From assembly GCA_964368605.1 (NCBI GenBank), contig CAYJBP010000005.1, positions 1 to 46,312 on the forward strand: a stretch of DNA of 46,312 nt. Reading direction: 5' to 3'. The notes beneath the pieces were generated by a model. It did no database searches. It was not told the origin of the DNA and saw only the letters and a program-made list of their open reading frames with translations. Positions 1 through 9,875 of this stretch are shown here, one piece after another. Position numbers and translations under genes: made by a program. The DNA comes from an uncultured Peptococcaceae bacterium. GTDB taxonomy: Bacteria > Bacillota > Dehalobacteriia > UBA4068. How positions within the stretch are numbered: the first letter of the stretch is position 1; each line of letters begins with the position of its first letter.

Positions 1-141
1 AACCCACTGATCACCTACCTGCTCGCTCCCCGTAGCTTGCGCTTGCACAAAAGGCATCATAATCAACGCTGCTAGGATTAAAGTGGCGCCTAATACGGCT
101 AGCCATTGGGATTTTGACATTTGTTTTAATTTTGTTATCAT
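1..141 (-). CDS. 5' end (47 codons) of a secreted or membrane protein that runs off the left edge
   Basis: ATG at 141-139 lies 8 nt after AAGGAG. It translates to MITKLKQMSKSQWLAVLGATLILAALIMMPFVQAQATGSEQVGDQWV, which is signal-peptide-like (charged n-region, hydrophobic core, AQA). The frame is open to base 1 and differs from the listed 11..202 ORF. Confidence 0.4.
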   Translation of the reverse strand, partial: MITKLKQMSKSQWLAVLGATLILAALIMMPFVQAQATGSEQVGDQWV

Positions 142-608
142 CGTCCATTCTCCTTACATTTTTCATTTCTTTTTTTATTTCAATTGACAATATTAATATC
201 AATTCAAAACCTATACATTTAAATTCAATTTGTTACATTTTCGCATTAATACTTAAAGATTTTTAAGTATTTTATTATTGCTTAAGAATTTATAACCACT
301 TAGTGGTTCCCCCCTTATAAACCCTCCTTTAGCTTGGATTATTTTTCAAAGATCGCTTGGGGCAAAACCTATTGCCCTAGGCTATATTAATATAATACCA
401 TACTTTGGTTACATTTCGGTTACATTCCAGTTTTTTTTCGGTTTTTTTTCACATTTTTATTAATTTATTTTCACAAAGTACCTGCCGCCCAGCTAGAAGC
501 TAACACGTAACAAAAAGTCTGAATATTAAAGCTAATCAAGTCTTTAATCCCTCAATTTATGGTGCTTAAGCAGGATTTTGTACCTAAAACTAGAATATAA
601 TATATGCT

Positions 609-878
609 ATGCCATTTAAATCAAAAAAACCAATCGGCAAACCTAATTCTACTATTATAAATGGTTTGCAATATGCGGGGCTTGCTTTAAGCTTTGGCCT
701 AACCTTAGGCGTGCAAATTTTTGCCCTCGGCTATTTACTGGGTGGCTACTTGGATAATAAATTGGCCTCCGCCCCCTGGTTTTTGCTGCTGGGTACTTTA
801 ATTGCCATTGGTCTTAGCTTTAGGCAATTATTCCTCGGCCTTAATTTATGGCAAAAACGTAAAACTAAGGATGACTAA
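609..878 (+). CDS. atpZ: AtpZ-like small membrane protein of the ATP synthase operon
   Basis: 89 aa with two hydrophobic helices. LQYAGLALSFG...YLDNKLASAPWFLLLGTLIAIG resembles the AtpZ family pattern. It is the first gene of the atp cluster. No clear SD. Confidence 0.55.
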   Translation: MPFKSKKPIGKPNSTIINGLQYAGLALSFGLTLGVQIFALGYLLGGYLDNKLASAPWFLLLGTLIAIGLSFRQLFLGLNLWQKRKTKDD

Positions 879-881
879 ATC

Positions 882-1211
882 GTGAATTATCTATTTGCCG
901 CCCTAAGCGGCCTGGCCTTTGGCTTAATACTTAGCCTGCTTAAATATCTGCTATTGTGGCGGCCTTATTTAAAGGCCAAAACCAATCGCATCTATTTAAT
1001 TATGATGCTTAGCTCGCTAATTAATGTAGCTGCCCTGCTTAGCATCTTTTTAATTAGGGATATCCTACCCTTTAGTTATTGGCTTACCCTAATTAGCCTG
1101 GCTTTGGCCTTAAATTTCGGTGGCAAATTTTTGGCCAAGCAAGCCGCCACTAAAAACCCGGAAACTATTACCGCAATTAATCAAATTCAAGGAGAAGATC
1201 ATGGGACATAG
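882..1211 (+). CDS. atpI: ATP synthase protein I
   Basis: GTG start downstream of AAGGA. 109 aa and strongly hydrophobic. Canonical position immediately before atpB. Confidence 0.55.
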   Translation: MNYLFAALSGLAFGLILSLLKYLLLWRPYLKAKTNRIYLIMMLSSLINVAALLSIFLIRDILPFSYWLTLISLALALNFGGKFLAKQAATKNPETITAINQIQGEDHGT

Positions 1212-1872
1212 CACCGAATTATTCCAATTAGGCCCAATAAGCATAACATCCACGATGACTACTATGCTGGCCATTACCTTAATCTTAAGCCTAATTTGTT
1301 TTATCGGCACTCGCAATATGCGCCTAGTACCGCAAGGGCTGCAAAATGTGCTCGAAAAAGCCGTGGAGATGCTTGATGGCCTAATCGGTGGCATCCTAGG
1401 TGCCGAATTAAACAAAAAGTATTTTGCTATTTTGGCCACTTTATTTATCTTCATTATTATATCAAATTATAGCGGCCTTTTGCCCTTAGCCGGCACTTTG
1501 CCGGGTTTAGCTGCCCCCACCGCCTCACTAAGCGTTACCGCAGGCCTGGCTATCATTGTATTTTGCCTTACCCATTATGTCGGCCTGCGCCATAATGGCC
1601 TAGGTTATTTTAATCATTTTACCAAGCCCTATATATTCTTACTACCGCTTCTTTTAATAGAAGAATTTGTGCGGCCACTTTCCCTATCCTTGCGTTTATA
1701 CGGCAATGTTTTTGGCGAGGAAACTGTTACCCATCAATTTTTTGATATCCTCCCTTTGGGTTTACCTTTGATTATGAATGCGCTTTCCCTGCTTATGGGT
1801 GGTATTCAGGCCTTTGTTTTTGTGCTCTTGGCCTGTATTTATATTCAAGGGGCGGCCGAGGGTGGTCATTAA
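1201..1872 (+). CDS. atpB: F0 subunit a
   Basis: Internal ATG at 1201 follows GGAGAAG, so the track start at 1120 is probably an N-terminal over-extension. Multi-TM protein with the stator-arginine motif LSLSLRLYGNVFGEE. Confidence 0.9.
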   Translation: MGHSTELFQLGPISITSTMTTMLAITLILSLICFIGTRNMRLVPQGLQNVLEKAVEMLDGLIGGILGAELNKKYFAILATLFIFIIISNYSGLLPLAGTLPGLAAPTASLSVTAGLAIIVFCLTHYVGLRHNGLGYFNHFTKPYIFLLPLLLIEEFVRPLSLSLRLYGNVFGEETVTHQFFDILPLGLPLIMNALSLLMGGIQAFVFVLLACIYIQGAAEGGH

Positions 1873-1908
1873 ATTTTAAATATTAAACAAATCAGGAGGT
1901 ATTTTTTT

Positions 1909-2136
1909 ATGGAAGGTTTTATTGCAATTGCAGCAGCATTGGCCATTGGTTTGCCTGCTATCGGTACCGGCTTAGGCCAAGGCAAAGCCACAGCCGCCGC
2001 TTTGGAGGCTATTGCCCGTCAACCGGCCGAGGCCGGCACTTTAAGAACAACCATGATTTTAGGCTTGGCCTTTATGGAATCTTTAACCATTTATGGCCTG
2101 CTAATCGCCTTTATGCTTGTTGCCCAATTAGGCTAG
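1909..2136 (+). CDS. atpE: F0 subunit c
   Basis: 75-aa hairpin protein with a GxGxGxG helix 1, an RQPE-like loop (ARQPAEAG) and the carboxylate in [12 protein letters not shown]. Confidence 0.95.
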   Translation: MEGFIAIAAALAIGLPAIGTGLGQGKATAAALEAIARQPAEAGTLRTTMILGLAFMESLTIYGLLIAFMLVAQLG

Positions 2137-2149
2137 GAGGGTAGCCAAT

Positions 2150-2635
2150 ATGCATTTAAGTCTTGCCGAGATTATTTTTGCAATCATCAATTTTGGCCTA
2201 TTATTGCTGCTGCTTAGGCTGTTTTTGTATAAGCCGATTAGCAAAATGCTGGCCGAGCGCCAAAATACGATTGCCGAATCTTTAGCCCAGGCCGAGCAGG
2301 CTCGTACCGAAGCCCTGGCCGCTAAAGAACAAATTGCCGCCCAAATCGAGCAGGCGCATCTGGAGGCCGAAAATATTATTGCCCAGGCCACTCAAAGCGG
2401 CGAGCAATTAAAGAAGCAAATCCTGGCCGAAGCCCGTGCCGAAGCCCAAAATATCCAGGCCAAAGGCCAGGCCGATTTAGAGCGCTATCGGGAGGAAATA
2501 CGCCATAATTTGCAGCAAGAGGCCGTAGCTTTAGCCATCAAAACGGCCGGCCAAATTCTGGCCGAAGAAATCAATCAGGAAAAGCAAAAATCCCTGCTTA
2601 GTAGCTATATTAAAAGACTGGGGCAATTATCATGA
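2150..2635 (+). CDS. atpF: F0 subunit b
   Basis: One N-terminal TM helix followed by a long Ala/Glu/Gln-rich coiled coil. Correct operon position. Confidence 0.85.
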   Translation: MHLSLAEIIFAIINFGLLLLLLRLFLYKPISKMLAERQNTIAESLAQAEQARTEALAAKEQIAAQIEQAHLEAENIIAQATQSGEQLKKQILAEARAEAQNIQAKGQADLERYREEIRHNLQQEAVALAIKTAGQILAEEINQEKQKSLLSSYIKRLGQLS

Positions 2636-3150
2636 ACAGCTTTAATTTTAAGCGTACCAGCGGCAATCAGGTTTTAGCGGTTATCGCCCACGACTTGCGC
2701 TATTTTGAGCAGGCCAAAAATATCAGCCCCGAACTTAAGGACGTTTTAAGCGATGATAAGCTGGATATCAGCATCAAAAAACAGCTTTTGCGCCAGGTTT
2801 TTAGCGGCAGCATCGATAATCTAAGCCTTAATCTGATTTATCTTCTATTAGAAGAAAATCATTTGGATAGCTTAGAGCTAATTTCCTCACTTATTTCCAA
2901 ATTAAATAAGCGCCAAAACGAAATGATTAAAGCCCAGGTAATCACTCCCCTACCGCTTGAGGCTGCCGAAGAGCAAGCCTTAATCGATACCTTACAAAGC
3001 AACTTTAAACAGGAAGTGTATCTGGAAAAAATCGTCGATAGCAGCTTAATCGGCGGTGCAATTATCAAAATTGGCGATAAATTATATGATGGCAGCTTAA
3101 AAGGCCAATTACAAAGCCTGGAAGGCCATTTGCTTTTTAGCGATTTTTAA
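2632..3150 (+). CDS. atpH: F1 subunit delta
   Basis: 172 aa, start overlaps the atpF stop (ATGA). C-terminal [24 protein letters not shown] is the typical OSCP/delta motif. Confidence 0.8.
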   Translation: MNSFNFKRTSGNQVLAVIAHDLRYFEQAKNISPELKDVLSDDKLDISIKKQLLRQVFSGSIDNLSLNLIYLLLEENHLDSLELISSLISKLNKRQNEMIKAQVITPLPLEAAEEQALIDTLQSNFKQEVYLEKIVDSSLIGGAIIKIGDKLYDGSLKGQLQSLEGHLLFSDF

Positions 3151-3197
3151 TCATTTGCAATAATTTGCAAAATCCCGCTCTTAAAGGAGTGTTTAAT

Positions 3198-4706
3198 TTG
3201 AATATCAATATTGATGCGATGAGCGCCATCATTAAAGAGCAGCTAGCCGCCTATCAAACCGAATTAGCTATTTATGAAGAAGGCCAAGTTACGGCCATTG
3301 GCGATGGCATTGCCCATATCAGCGGCCTAAGTGCGGCCATGAGCAATGAGCTTTTGCAATTTGCAGGCGGCGAGGTAGGCATTGCCCTCAATTTAGAAAC
3401 CGATAGTATCGGTTGTGTTATTTTGGGCGATTATCAAAATATTAAAGAAGGCGATTTGGTTAAGCGCAGCGGCAGGGTTATTGATGTGCCGGTAGGCGAG
3501 GCCTTATTGGGCAGAGTTATTAACCCTTTAGGGCTGCCGATGGATGATAAAGGCTCGCTAATCAGCCAGGCCAGACGCCCGATTGAAAGCCCGGCGCCTT
3601 CGGTTATCGAGCGCAAAAGCATTAATCAGCCCTTGCAAACCGGGATTAAGGCTATCGATGCCTTAGTACCGATTGGCCGTGGCCAGCGCGAGCTGATTAT
3701 CGGCGATAAGCAAACAGGCAAAACAGCTATTGCCATTGATGCCATTATCAATCAAAAGAAAGAAAATGTAATTTGCATTTATGTTGCCATTGGCCAAAAG
3801 GCCTCTACGGTGGCTTCGGTTGTTCAAAAATTGGCCGAGCATGGCGCTTTGGATTATACCATAATTGTGGCAGCACCGGCCTCGATGCCTGCCCCTTTGC
3901 TTTATATTGCCCCTTATGCCGGGGCGGCCATGGGCGAATACTTTATGGAAACAGGCCGTGATGTGCTTATCGTTTATGATGATTTAAGCAAGCAGGCCGC
4001 CGCTTATCGCGAGCTATCCTTGCTGCTTAAGCGCCCCCCCGGGCGCGAGGCTTATCCGGGCGATGTTTTTTATCTACACTCTAGGCTTTTAGAGCGTGCC
4101 GCCAAGCTATCCGATGCCCTAGGCGGCGGCAGCATGACAGCCTTGCCAATTGTAGAAACCCAGGCCGGCGATATTTCGGCCTATATTCCCACCAATGTAA
4201 TCTCGATTACCGATGGCCAAATCTTTTTAGAAAGCGACTTGTTTTTTGCAGGCAATCGCCCGGCAATTAATGTTGGCCTTTCCGTATCACGGGTGGGCGG
4301 CGCTGCCCAAATTAAGGCAATGAAGCAGGTAGCAGGTACAATGCGTATCGATTTAGCCCAATATCGGGAATTGGCCGCCTTTGCTCAATTTGGTTCTGAT
4401 TTGGATGCTTCCACTCAAAAAACCTTAGAGCGCGGCAAAAGAATGACCGAAATCTTAAAGCAAGCCCAGTATGCGCCGCTTAGCGTGGAGGAGCAAATAG
4501 TATCTTTATTTTTTGCCGGTAGCGAGCATATCAGCCATATTCCGGTTAGCGATATTGTTAAGGCCGAGCAAGATTTATTAAAGTTGATGCATGATTTTCA
4601 TCAAGATATGTTTGAGCAAATCAAAGAAAAAGGTGTGCTGGACGAGGCTATGCGCAGCCACTTAGATACAATTATCGGCGATTTAATCAAGTTTATAAAT
4701 GATTAA
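3198..4706 (+). CDS. atpA: F1 subunit alpha
   Basis: TTG at 3198 lies 8 nt after AAAGGAG, so the track start at 3165 is probably too early. Walker A GDKQTGKT and highly conserved alpha-subunit sequence throughout. Confidence 0.95.
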   Translation: MNINIDAMSAIIKEQLAAYQTELAIYEEGQVTAIGDGIAHISGLSAAMSNELLQFAGGEVGIALNLETDSIGCVILGDYQNIKEGDLVKRSGRVIDVPVGEALLGRVINPLGLPMDDKGSLISQARRPIESPAPSVIERKSINQPLQTGIKAIDALVPIGRGQRELIIGDKQTGKTAIAIDAIINQKKENVICIYVAIGQKASTVASVVQKLAEHGALDYTIIVAAPASMPAPLLYIAPYAGAAMGEYFMETGRDVLIVYDDLSKQAAAYRELSLLLKRPPGREAYPGDVFYLHSRLLERAAKLSDALGGGSMTALPIVETQAGDISAYIPTNVISITDGQIFLESDLFFAGNRPAINVGLSVSRVGGAAQIKAMKQVAGTMRIDLAQYRELAAFAQFGSDLDASTQKTLERGKRMTEILKQAQYAPLSVEEQIVSLFFAGSEHISHIPVSDIVKAEQDLLKLMHDFHQDMFEQIKEKGVLDEAMRSHLDTIIGDLIKFIND

Positions 4707-4717
4707 ACAGGTGAATT

Positions 4718-5575
4718 ATGATTAATTCTCGTGATTTAAAAAGACGGATCAAAAGCGTAAAAAATACCCAACAAATTACCAGGGCGATGAAGGTAGTTTC
4801 GGCCTCTAAGCTACGCCGTGCCCAAACGGCGGCAATGGCGGTGCGCCCTTATGCCCATAAAATGGAAAGCGTAATCAGCCATATTGCCGAAAGCGGCATC
4901 GAGCATGAATTAATTACCCCCCGCAAGGAAATTAAGCATGCTCTTTATCTGATTATCGGTTCCGAGCGGGGGCTTTGCGGTGGCTTTAATAATGCCCTTA
5001 ATCATTTTGCAGAGCAAATTATCGAGCAGGAAAGCCATGATATCTGCCTAATAACCTTAGGCCGTAAAGTGCATGATTTTTGCCAATGCCATCATTGGCA
5101 TATCGAATTAATTGCCAATCAAATCGGCGATAATCCCAGCTTTAGCCAGGCACAAACCTTGGCGCATTATTTGCAAGAGCTTTATTTAAACGGCACTTAT
5201 GATCAGGTGCATATTATTTATTCACGCTTTATGTCGGTACTTCATTCCGAGCCGGAAATTTTCCACCTTTTACCGGTGCAAACCGAGCATGAGGAAAAAG
5301 ATGCCCATTTAATCGTTAGCGATTATATTCTAGAGCCAAACCCTCATGATTTATTAGATGTAATTCTAGGCCAGTATATCGAAACTATGGTTTACAGCCT
5401 TTTGCAGGAATCCAAGGCCAGCGAGCATGGGGCAAGGATGACGGCAATGAATGCCGCCACCGACAATGCGGCCGACATGATTGATAAATTAACACTATCC
5501 CTAAACCAAGCACGCCAGGCCTCAATTACCACCGAAATTAGCGAGATTATCAGCGGTGCAGCGGCTTTGGAATAG
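4718..5575 (+). CDS. atpG: F1 subunit gamma
   Basis: N-terminal RRIKSVKNTQQITRAMKVVSASKLRRAQ and C-terminal ITTEISEIISGAAAL are gamma hallmarks. Confidence 0.95.
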   Translation: MINSRDLKRRIKSVKNTQQITRAMKVVSASKLRRAQTAAMAVRPYAHKMESVISHIAESGIEHELITPRKEIKHALYLIIGSERGLCGGFNNALNHFAEQIIEQESHDICLITLGRKVHDFCQCHHWHIELIANQIGDNPSFSQAQTLAHYLQELYLNGTYDQVHIIYSRFMSVLHSEPEIFHLLPVQTEHEEKDAHLIVSDYILEPNPHDLLDVILGQYIETMVYSLLQESKASEHGARMTAMNAATDNAADMIDKLTLSLNQARQASITTEISEIISGAAALE

Positions 5576-5586
5576 GATTAGGCTAA

Positions 5587-6987
<1,401 letters not shown>

Positions 6988-6997
6988 GCGGTAAATT

Positions 6998-7405
6998 ATG
7001 GATACAATTAACCTGGAAGTGGTAACCTTTGAGCGGGAAATATTTCAACATTTGGTGGAGTATATCGATATCCCTACCCAAAGCGGCCCTTTGACAATCA
7101 AGCATAATCATGCACCTATTGTTACATCTTTATTGCCGGGAGTTTTGCGTTATATGATGGATAAAGAGGAGCATTTTATCGTTATTTCCGCAGGCTTTAT
7201 GGAGGTAAATAATAATACGATCGAAATCCTGGTGCATCATGCCGAAAAGGTAGAAGAAATCGACTTAGAGCGTGCCTTACAAGCTAAATTACGAGCCGAA
7301 AAAAGGCTGGCTGAAAGCACAGCCGATATTGATACAATCCGCGCCGAAGCAGCCTTGGCCAGGGCTAATTTAAGGCTGATGGCCAAACATAAAGATAAAC
7401 ATTAA
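6998..7405 (+). CDS. atpC: F1 subunit epsilon
   Basis: 135 aa with a beta-sandwich N-terminus and a helical C-terminus (RAEAALARANLRL). Last canonical atp gene. Confidence 0.9.
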   Translation: MDTINLEVVTFEREIFQHLVEYIDIPTQSGPLTIKHNHAPIVTSLLPGVLRYMMDKEEHFIVISAGFMEVNNNTIEILVHHAEKVEEIDLERALQAKLRAEKRLAESTADIDTIRAEAALARANLRLMAKHKDKH

Positions 7406-7416
7406 GGGGAATATTT

Positions 7417-8355
7417 ATGACAGTTAATCAAAAACCAATCGATTTATTTTTAATAAGCGGTTTTTTAGGGTCGGGTAAAACCACCTTTTTAAAGCGAATT
7501 TTAAGCGAATATCAAGATAAGCCATTAGGTCTGCTGGTAAATGAGTTTGGCCAGGTAGGCATTGATGGCACTTTGCTCGAGAATGATGATTTACAAATGG
7601 TGGAGCTAAATAATGGTTCAATTTTTTGCGCCTGCCTTAAAGATGGCTTTGTAAATGCCTTAAAGGCCTTTACCGAGCAGCCAATCGAGATGCTTTTTAT
7701 CGAAAATTCCGGCATGGGCGATCCATCCAGCATGAATACCTTGCTTAAAGGGCTTGCCCCTTATTTAAGCCGTCCCTATAATTATCGTGGCTCTTTATGC
7801 GTGGTAGATAGCCCTACTTTTAATAAGTATGTAGATATTTTTATGCCGGTACAAAGGCAGATAGCAGCCAGTTCTTTAATCCTAATCAATAAAACCGATT
7901 TAAGTGATCAGCAAACTATTGAGCAAATAAAGCTAAAAATCAAAGAATTCAATCCCGAAGCCCTAATTTTAAACAGCCATTATGCGGATATTCCGCTGGA
8001 GATTTTTGAAAGCAAGCTCTTTAATAATAATTATCAAAACGAAACAACAAATACCCAACGTAGCCGCCCGGCAGCCTTTGTGCTGGAAACGGCAGGGCAT
8101 ACTTATAATCCGGAGCAAATCGAAGCCTTTTGCCAGGAAATTATCAATGATACCTGGAGGATTAAAGGCTTTTTCCAAGGCGAGGATAATTTATATCAAT
8201 TACAAGTATCCTCCGGCTTAGTGGAAATTTTTGCCGAAGCTAAAGGAGCAAATCAGCTAAGCCAAATCGTGATAATATGCCAAAGCAACACAATTTTGCC
8301 CAGAGTAAAAAAAGCCTGGCAAAAGCATTGCCAAACCGAAATAAATATAAAATAA
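7417..8355 (+). CDS. COG0523/CobW-family G3E P-loop GTPase (putative metallochaperone)
   Basis: P-loop GFLGSGKTTFL, NKTD box (LILINKTDL), and Cys motif FCACL where the family's CxCC normally sits. Starts 12 nt after atpC, after AAGGGG. Confidence 0.8.
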   Translation: MTVNQKPIDLFLISGFLGSGKTTFLKRILSEYQDKPLGLLVNEFGQVGIDGTLLENDDLQMVELNNGSIFCACLKDGFVNALKAFTEQPIEMLFIENSGMGDPSSMNTLLKGLAPYLSRPYNYRGSLCVVDSPTFNKYVDIFMPVQRQIAASSLILINKTDLSDQQTIEQIKLKIKEFNPEALILNSHYADIPLEIFESKLFNNNYQNETTNTQRSRPAAFVLETAGHTYNPEQIEAFCQEIINDTWRIKGFFQGEDNLYQLQVSSGLVEIFAEAKGANQLSQIVIICQSNTILPRVKKAWQKHCQTEINIK

Positions 8356-8404
8356 ACTTTAGGGGCTGCCGCAAAAACCTGCGACAGCCCCTAAAGTTTT
8401 TTTT
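8355..8404 (+). terminator. Rho-independent terminator of the atp-cobW-like unit
   Basis: AACTTTAGGGGCTGCCGCA / TGCGACAGCCCCTAAAGTT forms a 19-bp stem with one C-A mismatch, followed by a T-run at 8397-8404. Confidence 0.8.
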
Positions 8405-8522
8405 GATTCTTTTTTTTTCAAAAAAAAGAATGATCTTTTATTCTTGCAATTGCTAATAAGACCTTGGGGCTCTGCCCCAACCCCCCGCAATTTTTTGTCA
8501 AAAAATTGAGTAAAACTTTTTG

Positions 8523-8551
8523 AGGCTGCCGCCAAAATTTGCGACAGCCTC
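8523..8551 (-). terminator. Hairpin downstream of grdB; related in sequence to the 8355 terminator
   Basis: On the minus strand, GAGGCTGTCGC...GGCGGCAGCCTC forms an 11-bp stem with one G-U pair. No U-run immediately follows. Confidence 0.45.
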
Positions 8552-8561
8552 CCCTTGCAAA

Positions 8562-9866
8562 CTATACCTTAAATACAGTTTGTTCCTCAATATCGGCCGT
8601 TAAGGCCTCTACGGCAATTTTGGTAAGCTTATAACGCAATTGCCATTGATCTTCCTTAGATGTCGCCGGATCGCCCAAAGGATACGGAATCGAAATAGTC
8701 GGTACAATTTTATTAGCACCTACCGTTTTGGCAACCGGCACCAAATTGCACATCTGAACAATCGGTAAGCCGATTTTTTCGATTTCTTTTACTATCGTTG
8801 CACCGCAACGAGTGCAAGTGCCTCAGGTGGATACCAATAATACGCCATCTACCTTGTCCTCCAATAATAAGGGAATCATTTCTTGCGCCATGCGGGTAGC
8901 CTCGGCTTGGGTTGTGCCGGTGCCTACCGTTGAATAAAAATAGGGATGCAAGCTGCCATAAACACCCTCTTTTTCCAAAACCCGCAAGGCATCAATAGGC
9001 ACAATAACATTAGGATCGGCATCGGCAGCAGCCGGGTCGAAACCGGCATGAATAGTTTTGTACTCGCCTGCTTTAAGGGTGCTCATCTTGGAAATATCAT
9101 AACGCCCCCAGCGAGTGGCCGAGGCCGATTGGATTTTATCGGGATTATCAATCGGCACAATGCCCCCGGAATTGATAATTGCAATTTTAGCGCTTTTTAA
9201 AGACCTAATCGGCTCAGCAATGGCTACCCTATCCATCAACTTAATCGGCAATTCGGTAGTAAAAGGTTGATCGGCCAACTTTTTAAGTAGCATATCAATC
9301 ATCCTTTGCGAGGCCAAAAGCCCATCCTTATGCCAAACCTGCTTGCGAATGCCACGAGCAAAATACCCCTCCTCGGCGGCACAATCAAGCTCCTGATTAG
9401 CCAATATTTTATTGGCAACCTTAACCATACTAGCCACATCGGAACGCATTTTAGCAGCGCTTTTACCGCCTTCCATAATATACATATCCTTTTTAAACAT
9501 CTCTACACCCGGGTTTTCGATATTCATCGAGGTGATAACCGGAATATTAAGTTTTTCCTGCACGGCCTTGCAAATAGTGCCGCAAGCAAAACCATAACGG
9601 CCGGCCTGAAAGGCAGGGCCTGCCAAGAAAATATCGATGTCCTTGCCTTCTAACATTTGTAAAATAGTGGCAATGGCCTGCTCGGTATTACTGCCCATAA
9701 AATTATCACCGCAGATAATGGTATCGGTAATTTGGGCATCTAAGTTTTTAGCAAACTCCATAGCAGGCCCTACCAAGCCATTAACAATTTGCGGCTCAAA
9801 ATCGGCCTTATCTTCGCCACCAATTTGACCAAAAAATTGATTTACATATACTATCGCCTTTTTCAT
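8562..9866 (-). CDS. grdB: Selenoprotein B of glycine/sarcosine/betaine reductase (GrdB/GrdF/GrdH family), with in-frame UGA = Sec
   Basis: Track ORFs 8823..9866 and 8562..8753 are in the same frame. They are joined through TGA at 8825-8823 and read ...DGVLLVST-U-GTCTRCGATIVKEIEKIGLPIVQMCNLVP..., the U-x-x-C-x-x-C active-site context of this family. AGGAGG lies before the ATG at 9866. Confidence 0.9.
8791..8813 (-). promoter_or_regulatory. SECIS-like hairpin 3' of the UGA
   Basis: Minus-strand RNA reads ACU-CGUUGC-GGU-GCAACG-AUAGU. It starts about 13 nt after UGA and has a perfect 6-bp stem with a GGU apical loop. Confidence 0.55.
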
Positions 9867-9875
9867 ATTATCCTC

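Noticed and set aside
2128-2391. Antisense ORFs inside atp genes: 1110..1454, 2128..2391, 2859..3068, 3434..3622, 5583..5894 and 6102..6332. Also the same-strand out-of-frame ORF 3773..3961.
   Set aside because: All lie within strongly conserved ATP synthase coding sequences. They have no SD and their translations are low-complexity or odd in composition. These are shadow ORFs.
7406-7416. Zur/Fur-type box in front of the COG0523 gene, and at 26771-27146 in front of the Zn/Mn ABC pair.
   Set aside because: No TCGTAAT-N-ATTACGA-like or similar AT-rich 7-1-7 palindrome is seen at either place.
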